Assembly: GCA_023515725.1 (NCBI GenBank)
Contig: JALDTO010000218.1
Coordinates: 1 to 28,427 of the forward strand
Length of the DNA: 28,427 bases
Direction of reading: 5' to 3'
From: Amoeboaphelidium protococcarum X5
Taxonomy: Eukaryota; Fungi; Aphelidiomycota
Below are positions 1 to 8,528 of the stretch, one piece after another (positions within the stretch are counted from its first letter, which is position 1; each line of letters begins with the position of its first letter). The notes under the pieces are model-generated. The model was not told where the DNA came from. It searched no databases and saw only the letters and a list, made by a program, of their open reading frames with translations. Position numbers and translations under genes: made by a program.

Positions 1-68
1 GAGGATCCTATTTGCTAGTGATTTATCACTAGTTTGGTTTCCTGCTGATTATCCATTGTTACATACTT
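1..68. repeat. 68-bp terminal direct repeat (identical to 28360-28427), lying in the Q-R region of a group I intron core
   Basis: gaggatcctatttgc...acatactt occurs at both ends of the window. Confidence 0.97.
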
Positions 69-177
69 TAAATTTTTACTGATTTATTACAACTAGTATT
101 TTTAATACTCTCTAATCTAGTATTAAAGTCTTTAGAAGTTTCCAGCATATAGTGAGATTTTAAGAGTCCAAATCTTT
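1..177 (-). mobile_element. 5' part of a group I (IB-like) intron in nad1
   Basis: P1: exon GAGUCU pairs with intron GGACUC, with U.G at the splice site; P element ATATGCTGGAAA (~139-150); Q element AATCAGCAGG (~41-50). Confidence 0.85.
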
Positions 178-762
178 AGACTCAGGTAGATCAAATGGTA
201 CTCTATTAGTTTCAGCTAATATTACTATTAATGTTATTAAATATAAAGGTAAATAAATTAATAAATTATTAATTGGTAAAAGATTAAAATAATAAAATCT
301 AAAAGAACCAATAGAAAGAGCTAATATAAAATAAATCATACCTAATATTAATTCATATGATATTAATTGTGAAGTTGTTCTAATAGCACCTACTAATGTA
401 TATTTATTTTTTGATGCCCATCCACCTAATAAAATACCGTATAATTCTAAACCACCAATAGCTAAAAGAATAAGTATACCAAGATAGGAATCTAAAAGAT
501 AATAAAATAACCATAATGCTAAAGATAATAAAAATGATAATAAAGGTGATAAGGTAAAAATTATTAAATAGGATCTTTGAGGTATTAATATTTCTTTAAA
601 TAATAATTTTAAACCGTCAGTTAATGGTTGTAATATACCATATGGACCTACAATATTAGGTCCTACTCTCATTTGAATACTAGCTTGTACCTTACGTTCA
701 GCTAAGGTATATAACATAATAGATAAAATTAATGGTACAATAATTAATAATAATTTAATCAT
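178..762 (-). CDS. nad1: NADH dehydrogenase subunit 1, exon 1 (195 codons; 3' exon not in window)
   Basis: AERKV..QMRVGPN..GILQPLTDGLKL, ISYE, AETNRVPFDLPE; exon end set by P1 pairing. Confidence 0.95.
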
Positions 763-902
763 CTAAGTTTTAATTATTCAAGAATTTTTTTTTCTATTTA
801 CTAAACTATTTTTTAACTAATAATTTAATTATATATTATTAAAAATTTTTACAATTTTTATATCCAAAATAATAAATACCCTGCATAATCTAAGATTCTG
901 CG

Positions 903-981
903 AGGATACCTAAAATGGATAGTGATAGGATACCTAAAACGGATAGTGATAGGATACCTAAAACAAATAGTGACAAGATAG
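903..981. repeat. about 3 copies of the 24-bp unit GATACCTAAAACGGATAGTGATAG (inverted relative to the 25592-25738 array)
   Basis: units start at 904, 928 and 952. Confidence 0.9.
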
Positions 982-1221
982 ATAATAATATTGATAAATA
1001 AATAATAATAGATAAGAACTTATAGTGAAAAATTCTGTATACAGAATCTGAGAGATTAATGAAAATTATATGATCTGATAAACTCCTGTAATATTTTTAT
1101 ATTATTATATACTAATAGTTATAAAAAATAAGACGTGATTATTAGAATCATGAACTATGAAAAATTTAATTATGAAAACTTTAGATTAGATTAAGATTTA
1201 ATCTACCGTTTTAAAAACTAT

Positions 1222-1347
1222 TTAATAAGTATAGATAAGAGAATCAAAAAGATTAATTAATGGTAAAATAATTAAAAAATATGCGAAATAATAAATACTT
1301 GATAAAATTAAAGGAATTATAATTATAATTATTAATAATTTTATCAT
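1222..1347 (-). CDS. 41-aa chimeric micro-ORF: nad1-like start fused to a duplicate cob C-terminus
   Basis: MIKLLIIIIIIPLILSSIYYFAYFLIILPLINLFDSLIYTY*; the last 28 aa match cob ILSSIYYFSYFLIILPLINLLDSLIYTH at 25 positions. Confidence 0.6.
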   Translation of the reverse strand: MIKLLIIIIIIPLILSSIYYFAYFLIILPLINLFDSLIYTY

Positions 1348-1400
1348 TCAGACTTTAACTATTCAAGAATTTTCTTGATTACCTTTGACTATAAAAAAAT

Positions 1401-1874
1401 TTAAGATCTAAAGCATCCGCAAAATAAAGATTTAATAGCTGAAAAAAAAGAACGAGTAGAAACATGAGCAGAAACAGGAGCAGAAACAGGAGCAGAAACA
1501 GGAGCAGAAACAGGAACTTCTTCCGGAACTTGTCGGGCTAATTCAACAGATTGGATTTGAATTCTTCTTAGAAGATTAGGGTCTAAATCAATGCTTTTAA
1601 AGGTTCCCGTGCGGACAGGCTCAAAAAAAGGATCATGATCTAAACAATACATAATAGAAGGATAACATATTTTTATTAAAATAAATAGTGCTATTGTTAA
1701 AACAAAAATCAAAAAAAAAATTTTAGGGTCAGTAAATAGTAATAATGTAGAAAATTTATTTATCATATAGGGTAAAATTTTCATTTGGATTGTTGATGTC
1801 ATCATAGATATATTAATGGTATTTAAGATAGTCGAAATTTTAGAAGGAATTATAATTAATAATGTTTTTATCAT
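1401..1874 (-). CDS. orf157, hypothetical membrane protein with a nad1-derived N-terminus and PVSA repeats
   Basis: open 157-aa ORF; MIK.LLII.P...IQM...P...TD is colinear with nad1 residues 1-49; hydrophobic stretch IFFLIFVLTIALFILIKIC. Confidence 0.6.
   Translation of the reverse strand: MIKTLLIIIPSKISTILNTINISMMTSTIQMKILPYMINKFSTLLLFTDPKIFFLIFVLTIALFILIKICYPSIMYCLDHDPFFEPVRTGTFKSIDLDPNLLRRIQIQSVELARQVPEEVPVSAPVSAPVSAPVSAHVSTRSFFSAIKSLFCGCFRS
1454..1515. repeat. 12-bp tandem repeat GAGCAGAAACAG x4 plus 1 degenerate copy (PVSA repeats of orf157)
   Basis: read directly from sequence. Confidence 0.9.
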
Positions 1875-2248
1875 TCAGAATTTAAGAATTTTATTTTTAT
1901 CTGCTAACTTTGTCTTTTGAACAAAATTTTTAATTAATTATTACATCCACAAATAAGGGATTTAATAAAGATTTTTAAAATGACAAAATTATTAATAATA
2001 GTAAGATAACAAGTAATAAAAAATTCATTTAGGTTTTAAAAATTTTTAACTGTTTTCTATTTAGCTGACCGTACTATATAACTAATTTTACTGAATTTTA
2101 ATTTTCTATAATGGATTAAAATTATAGTTTAAATGGTTTGTTTAGATACATAAATCTTTATTGTATTTTATTAAATATTATATATACTATTAATAATATA
2201 TTAAGTGAGTATTTATAATTTAACTATTATAATTTACCTACAGTTGAA

Positions 2249-2962
2249 TTAATGAGTATAAATAAGTGAATCTAATAGGTTAATAAGTGGTAAAATAATT
2301 AAGAAATAAGAGAAATAATAAATACTAGATAAAATAGATAAATTAATAATTTCTTCTGATATAGGTAATGCACCGCAAATAACTAATAATAAATAACTAC
2401 CAATAAATAACCAATAAAAGATTTTAGAATAAGATCTTATAGTATAGGATCTTATAGCAAATTGAGAAATAAATGGTAATATTAATAATATTAATAATGA
2501 TAATGCTAATGCTACTACACCTAATAATTTATTAGGTATTGTTCTTAATATAGCATAAGGAGCTAATAAATACCATTCAGGTTGAATAGATAAAGGTGTA
2601 ACTAAAGGATTAGCAGGTATATAATTATCAGGGTGATTTAAATAATTAGGAAAATAAAATACTAAAGTTGAAAATAAAATTAAAAATAATGTAAAATAAT
2701 AAAGATCTTTTATAGTAAAATAAGGATGAAAATAAATTTTATCAGTATTAGATGATATACCTAAAGGATTATTACTAGCATGTTCATGTAAAGCTGATAA
2801 GTGATAAGCTACTAATCCTAATAAAATAAATGGTAATAAATAATGTAATGAATAGAAACGGTTTAATGTAGGATTTCCTACTGAGAAGCCACCCCAAACT
2901 AAAATAACTAAATCTTGTCCTAAATAAGGGATAGCAGATAATAAATTAGTAATTACTGTTGC
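2249..2962 (-). CDS. cob: apocytochrome b, exon 3
   Basis: ATVITNLLSAIPY, RFYSLHYLLPF, PEWY; preceded by omega-G at 2963. Confidence 0.96.
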   Translation of the reverse strand, partial: ATVITNLLSAIPYLGQDLVILVWGGFSVGNPTLNRFYSLHYLLPFILLGLVAYHLSALHEHASNNPLGISSNTDKIYFHPYFTIKDLYYFTLFLILFSTLVFYFPNYLNHPDNYIPANPLVTPLSIQPEWYLLAPYAILRTIPNKLLGVVALALSLLILLILPFISQFAIRSYTIRSYSKIFYWLFIGSYLLLVICGALPISEEIINLSILSSIYYFSYFLIILPLINLLDSLIYTH

Positions 2963-4093
2963 CAAACTTCTAAATTTAATTATATCTTTTTATAACTAAA
3001 ACTTATGTTCATAATTAAATCCATGTACTTTTAATATAATATCTCTATAATATTTATGATGATAAGTCATCTAATATTTCATATAATAATTTTCAATTAT
3101 TTAATATTTATGATGATAAGTCATCTAATATTTCTGAGATCTTTTCTATAATATTTTTCAATATTATTTATTTAATTAAAAGCCTTGTGTTAGTATTAAA
3201 ACTATAGAAATTCCGACTGTACATTAAATATCATTTCAGATATCCATCAGTGATCCAGTCTGTAGAGATTAAATAGATAACCCACGGTCTTAAGTTGAAC
3301 ATTACTTATTGACCTAGTTTTCACTAATGTCGCTCTAATTAATTATATTTTTCTTTCTATTAATTACAAATATAATATTTTAAATTAGAACTATATATTA
3401 TACTTAACTTTAATTTTCTATCATAAATTTATATTTCATACTAGGATGAATATATGGTTCAAGAATTTTATATAAATTATTTATATTTTTTTTAGGTATA
3501 TAAATATTATATTGATCTGGAACACCTGCAGAATTAATAGTAGTATTTAAATTATATTTTTTATTAAGAACTTCAATTAAAACCATTACTTCTTTATAAG
3601 TAAAATTATTAGTTGATATTTTCATTCCAGATGAAGATTTACTACCATCATCCATTATCCAAATGGCCAGGGCCAATGGAGTTAAATAAATCGATAATTG
3701 ATCAATATGGGGTAAAATTTTTTTACCATCTTTATACCATATTTTATGAATCCAATTAAAACTACTAAATGTAAAAGTTTTAAATCTTAATATTAATCTT
3801 AATTTTCCATATTTACCTAATCTTGTTGTTAATTTTGGTATACTAATTTTACAATAACCTAAATTAGCGATTAATTGATGTAAATATAATAAATAAGCTT
3901 TATGAGTATTTTCTTGATAAAAACATATTCTAGTACCATTACTACGTTTTTCAGCATATCCATCTCCTAATAATGTTCCAAATATAATAGATAATATATC
4001 TAAATTATGAGGTCCAATTCTTTTTTGAGTACTATTTTTAATTGCAAATATAGGAATCAAATTTAATTTAAGTATAATATATTTAGGGCAATA
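2963..4093 (-). mobile_element. cob intron 2, group I (ID-like), inserted after the WG codons
   Basis: core motifs CTACAGACTGGATCAC and TTAATGTACAGTCGG (~3213-3265); P1 GGGGU/GCCCU. Confidence 0.9.
3410..4093 (-). CDS. LAGLIDADG endonuclease/maturase (RIGPHN type), in frame with cob exon 2
   Basis: [31 protein letters not shown]. Confidence 0.9.
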   Translation of the reverse strand, partial: YCPKYIILKLNLIPIFAIKNSTQKRIGPHNLDILSIIFGTLLGDGYAEKRSNGTRICFYQENTHKAYLLYLHQLIANLGYCKISIPKLTTRLGKYGKLRLILRFKTFTFSSFNWIHKIWYKDGKKILPHIDQLSIYLTPLALAIWIMDDGSKSSSGMKISTNNFTYKEVMVLIEVLNKKYNLNTTINSAGVPDQYNIYIPKKNINNLYKILEPYIHPSMKYKFMIEN

Positions 4094-4144
4094 ACCCCAA
4101 ATTGACATTTGACCAAATGGTAAAACATAACCTAAAAAAGCTGT
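4094..4144 (-). CDS. cob: apocytochrome b, exon 2 (51 nt)
   Basis: TAFLGYVLPFGQMSIWG. Confidence 0.93.
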
Positions 4145-5094
4145 CATGAATAAAAATTCACCGACTGTACATTAAGCATCATTTCAGATACCCACCAGTG
4201 ATCCAGTCTGTAGCGAAGTTATATACCTCCGACGGTCTTAATTATAAATTTTAATCTTTAACCGTTTTCACTAGTGTTGCCAAAATCATTATTATTAATT
4301 CTATTAAAAATAAAATAATTAATTTTATGAATTTATCATCTATTCATTATAAATTAATTCTATATATATATTTTATTAATTTATTGAAAATTTATTTCAA
4401 AAATAGGACTATATTTTATTTAATTTTTAATTTTTTTATTTAATTTATACATCATACTAGGACACATATATGGTTCAACAATATTAATTAAATTTTCCAT
4501 TGAATTTTGAGAAATTCTAATTCTATATTGATTATTTAAACCATCTTTTGTTTTACCATCTTTATTAATTGTAACCTTTAAATTATATTTAATAGTTAAA
4601 ATATTACATATACGTAATATATCTGAATAAGTAAAACAATGTGTAGATAAAGTAAGTCCTGTTTTTTGAACTGCACCATCATCCATTAGCCAAATGGCTA
4701 GGGCCAATGGGGTTAAATATAATTCAATATTATCAGGTATAACTTTTTTATTATTAATATAAAAATCTTTATATATATTAATAAAACTAGTAAAAGTATA
4801 TGTATAAAAATAATAGGTTTGATTATTATTTTTACGTTTATTTATAATTGGTAAAGTATTAGTATAACCTAGATTTTTAAATAAATTATATAAAAAATAA
4901 ATATAATCCTTATTTTTTTGTTCTAATCTAAGTCTTATATTTCCTTTAACATTATATAATGTACTATCACCTAATAAAGAACCGTATATAATAGATAAAA
5001 TATCAATATTATGAGGTCCAATTCTTTTATAAGCTCTAATTCTAGGTAAAGTAAAAAAATTTAAATTAAATAAAATATCTTGGGCAATATTTTC
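4145..5094 (-). mobile_element. cob intron 1, group I (ID-like)
   Basis: core CGCTACAGACTGGATCAC / TTAATGTACAGTCGG (~4161-4215); P1 UGGGU/GCCCA. Confidence 0.9.
4420..5094 (-). CDS. LAGLIDADG endonuclease/maturase, in frame with cob exon 1
   Basis: [31 protein letters not shown]. Confidence 0.9.
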   Translation of the reverse strand, partial: ENIAQDILFNLNFFTLPRIRAYKRIGPHNIDILSIIYGSLLGDSTLYNVKGNIRLRLEQKNKDYIYFLYNLFKNLGYTNTLPIINKRKNNNQTYYFYTYTFTSFINIYKDFYINNKKVIPDNIELYLTPLALAIWLMDDGAVQKTGLTLSTHCFTYSDILRICNILTIKYNLKVTINKDGKTKDGLNNQYRIRISQNSMENLINIVEPYMCPSMMYKLNKKIKN

Positions 5095-5448
5095 ACCCAT
5101 CATGAGAATATATATAACAACTCCAATATTCCATAGTTTATGACGAGGATAGGTATATGAACCAGCATATAAACCTCTAGCAATATGAAGATAAACAAAT
5201 AAAAAGAATAATGAAGCACCATTAGCATGAATATAACGAACTAACCAACCAGCATTTATATCACGCATAATATGTTCTACTAAATTGAATGATAATTCTA
5301 TATTCGCTGCATAATGCATTCCTAATGTTACTCCTGTCATTATTTGAATTACTAATATAACTCCTAATAAAGAACCATAATTCCAATTAATAGAAATATT
5401 ACTTGGTAATCCAGAATAAACAAAATAATCAGTAAATAATTTAATCAT
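5095..5448 (-). CDS. cob: apocytochrome b, exon 1
   Basis: [24 protein letters not shown]. Confidence 0.96.
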
Positions 5449-5641
5449 AATATATATAATATTATTAATTAATAAAACCTACACCAGATTAAAATACGTG
5501 AACGGTACTGGAACAATAGTATTTTTAATAAACTTTAGTTAAATACAGCTGAAAACTGAGTTAAAAGTATCGATATATACTGATAGGGACAGTTCAGCTG
5601 TAGGCAGACAACAGATATTATATTCTTAAGTTATGGTTTAA

Positions 5642-5712
5642 CAAGAGAAAAAGGAATCGAACCTTTATTATCATCTTTGGAAAATGAGGTGTTACCATTA
5701 CACTATTCTCTA
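5642..5712 (-). tRNA. trnW: tRNA-Trp(CCA)
   Basis: cloverleaf; anticodon arm TCATT-TTCCAAA-GATGA; T loop TTCGATT; pair 1:72 is U.U. Confidence 0.9.
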
Positions 5713-5727
5713 ATATTTCCATACGCA

Positions 5728-5839
5728 GAGATCTTGTTCTATAGAACAATAATTATTGTAGAATATCTAAGATATTCAATCCCGATCTTTTAAGATCCTG
5801 CTAATATTTATGACGATAGCCGGAATTCTAGAATTCCGC
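5728..5839. repeat. multi-hairpin dispersed element (family A)
   Basis: TTGTTCTATAGAACAA, GAATATCTAAGATATTC, GATCTTTTAAGATC, CGGAATTCTAGAATTCCG; related copies at ~6017-6057 (inverted), ~11815-11885, ~17196-17282 and ~18950-19115. Confidence 0.8.
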
Positions 5840-5944
5840 TTATCTTCCTCCGGTCCTCCGGTAATATTTTATAACTTTCAGTTATCTAACTATATACAAA
5901 TAATATTTTATTATAAAATTTTTAATAAAATTAAGTATTATTTA

Positions 5945-6015
5945 CTTTCAAGAAAGGACTTGAACCTTTAATTACAGAACCAAAATCTGTTGTGTTACCT
6001 TTACACCACTTGAAA
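5945..6015 (-). tRNA. trnQ: tRNA-Gln(TTG)
   Basis: perfect 7-bp acceptor stem TTTCAAG/CTTGAAA; anticodon arm ACAGA-TTTTGGT-TCTGT. Confidence 0.88.
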
Positions 6016-6072
6016 TTTGGATTGAATATCTTAGATATTCTACAATAATTATTGTTAACAAAAATTTTTATT

Positions 6073-6146
6073 TGATAAAGAAAGGAATTGAACCTTCAAC
6101 CTTCCCGTTAACAGCGGGATGCTCTAACCAATTGAGCTACTTTTTA
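6073..6146 (-). tRNA. trnN: tRNA-Asn(GTT)
   Basis: D arm AGCTCAATTGGTTAGAGC; anticodon arm TCCCG-CTGTTAA-CGGGA; acceptor mismatches at pairs 1 and 3. Confidence 0.88.
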
Positions 6147-6226
6147 TCCAAGGATGGAATCGAACCACCAATGACTATCAGTCGTCCCATTTACAGTGGG
6201 ATGCACTACCACTATGCTACTTGACT
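6145..6226 (-). tRNA. trnY: tRNA-Tyr(GTA), long variable arm
   Basis: anticodon arm TCCCA-CTGTAAA-TGGGA; variable arm GACTGATAGTC; G.A mismatch at pair 2. Confidence 0.9.
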
Positions 6227-6309
6227 TTTTTAAAAAGTTTTTTAATTATATATTATATACTATAAATATATATTAAAAAGATCTAAGAAGATCTCGTATA
6301 ATAATATTT

Positions 6310-7160
6310 AAATTTAAGAACTTAAACTCAGATCAATTTTAATTTTCAACATTCTCAGAATTAAAAGAATAATTTTTTATATTCTTTTTAATCTCTTCTA
6401 TTTGCTGATACGCATTAATTATCAAGATGGCTGCTTCTAAGCCTACTTTTAAATGAAAAAATTCTTTTTTATCTCTAAAATATGATCTTTATTTTAAGTT
6501 AAGGATTCTGATCCTATTGATAGAAGATCTTATCACCTTTCTATCCCTGTATTAAATTATTTTCTATTACTAATTTAATCAACTCCTAAAAGAGATTTTG
6601 TAGAGAACCAGCTATCACTTAATTCGATAGATATTTCACCTCTTACCTATAATCATCCTAGCCCTTTGCAACGGACACAGGTTCGGACTTCTATCCTGTT
6701 AAATTATTTTTAGGTAAGCTCATTAAGTTTCGGGACTTAATCACTTATGACTTCTTAAATATCTTTCTTTTTCCTTTAAGTATTCTGAACTTAATGTTCA
6801 ATTGCCATAAATAATTACTTACTGACCCATGATGCAAAAGGTATAAGGTTTACCCTTTTCTAATTTTAGATTTCATCTTCTAGATTTACATCTTCTATTA
6901 TCTTTCTTATAATAAATTAATTTATTCCTTAATTTTATTTATTACTTTTAGTTACAGGTATTTATTTTATATACCTACCAGTTTAATCTGATATTACTTG
7001 TCAGTAAATATAACTGCTTTAATTACTCAATGGATATTTCCCTCTGAACTTACGTTCAGGGAATTTTTTTTCTTTTGTATACCTCCCTAATGGTACCGGT
7101 AGGTACCATTTTATTTAGATTAGGTTATAATTTTAACTTAAGTCCATTTATCGGCTTGAA
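6310..7160 (-). rRNA. rnl: LSU rRNA 5' half (domains I-II up to the GTPase centre); boundaries approximate
   Basis: TACCTTTTGCATCATGGGTCAG (~E. coli 560-580), GTCCCGAAAC (~670), GATAGCTGGTTCTC (~805), GGCTTAGAAGCAGCCATC (~1060-1080). Confidence 0.85.
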
Positions 7161-7264
7161 AATATTTATATTTTCAGGTTTTTAAGAAAGATAATAATAT
7201 AAGAATCTGTCTAAATCTTAATTTAGATTACTTTTAGAATTAAAATTTAATTCTATAATCTTTA

Positions 7265-8290
7265 ATTTTATCTTTATTATCTATATTTCAATCAATCATG
7301 ATTTTATTATTTTTAAGTTTAGCTTAAGCCATAGACTTATTCATTCTAGTCCTTGCGTACTGGGAATGAGTATAATAAAGATCTATTAATCAGTAGATAG
7401 GAACCGAACTGTATTGCTACGTTCTGAACCCAACTCACGTACCTTTTTAATTGACGAACAGTCAAACCCTTACTAGCTTCTGTACTAGTAGGTGAAGATG
7501 AGTCGACATCGAGGTAGTAATCCCCCAGTTAGATCAAATCTCTAGCCGAGGATTGCTCTGTTATCCCTAGAGTAACTTTTTTCCTTTTTACGGTTTATAA
7601 ACCGGTTCATTAAAACCCCCTCATTTGAAGGCCTGTTTTTTTAGTAAAAATTACAGTCAAAATCAATTATCTTTTCTTATTATGAATTTATTAATTCATC
7701 TTAATATTGATTCTTTTGTTAACCTTTGTTACTTCTTTAAAGGTTACCATCCCAGTTAAAGCTATTTTTAACCTTTAATTATTATTTGCTGGATTAAAAA
7801 TATAACTTAAGCTTCATAGGGTCTTACCTTCTTACTGATTAGTTTAAGTATCTTCACTTAAATTACATTGTCATCAGGTAAAGGATGAAGACAGTTGGGG
7901 AATCGTTTTCTCTTTCATGCAGGACATCAATTATATGTCTAGGGATTATGCTACTTTCAGACCGTTATGGTTACAGCCGGCATTGACTGGAAATCTTCCA
8001 GCATTGGCCAGAGTTCAGAGACTATACTTCTCCCTTTTAGATTCGCAGTCTCATAAGTTTTTGGTTTACAGTCGTCCCCCTTTATTTGCCGAGTTCCTTC
8101 ACCCTTTTTATCCTTTAACCTATTTTTAATTCTCCTGAGTTGGTTATGTACACTTTTTTATGTTTAGACCCACAACGAATTATAGTTATTATTAAATTTG
8201 ATTACACATATCAGCATTCTCTCTTTCTTTTTTTTTCAGATCACTCTTGAATTTTATTTTTTAAGAAATGCTCTACTACCTCTCTCTTAT
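7265..8290 (-). rRNA. rnl: LSU rRNA 3' half (~E. coli 1185 to the 3' end); boundaries approximate
   Basis: GGTAGTAGAGCA, GAATGCTGATATG, GGTGAAGGAACTCGGCAAA, AAGACCCTATGAAGC, GGGATAACAG, GATGTCGACTC, GAGTTGGGTTCAGAAC, sarcin-ricin loop AGTACGCAAGGAC. Confidence 0.9.
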
Positions 8291-8528
8291 AAAATATATT
8301 TATTATTTTTAATTTAATTTAATATACTATATTAATATATAGATATTAAATCCAAATCGATTATATGCCTTCGGCTGTATTTAAAAATAATCTGAAAATA
8401 TTTTAGGAATACTTGAATCTTTAAATATTATATACAACTAAAAACTGAGTTGAAAATATCTAATCGATTTATTTAATAATAGAATTATTAAAATTTGTAA
8501 CTATATTAAAAATATCTAATCGATTTAT

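Noticed and set aside
1-68. Terminal repeat as proof of a complete circular genome
   Set aside because: The closure produces an intron whose P3 cannot pair and leaves nad1 and nad4 incomplete
891-1097. Hydrophobic minus-strand frame (..FLSIIIYLSILLSILSLFVLG..) as atp8
   Set aside because: No ATG or MPQL-like start, and the hydrophobicity comes largely from the 24-bp repeat
7917-8129. 70-aa plus-strand ORF
   Set aside because: Antisense to conserved LSU rRNA domain IV
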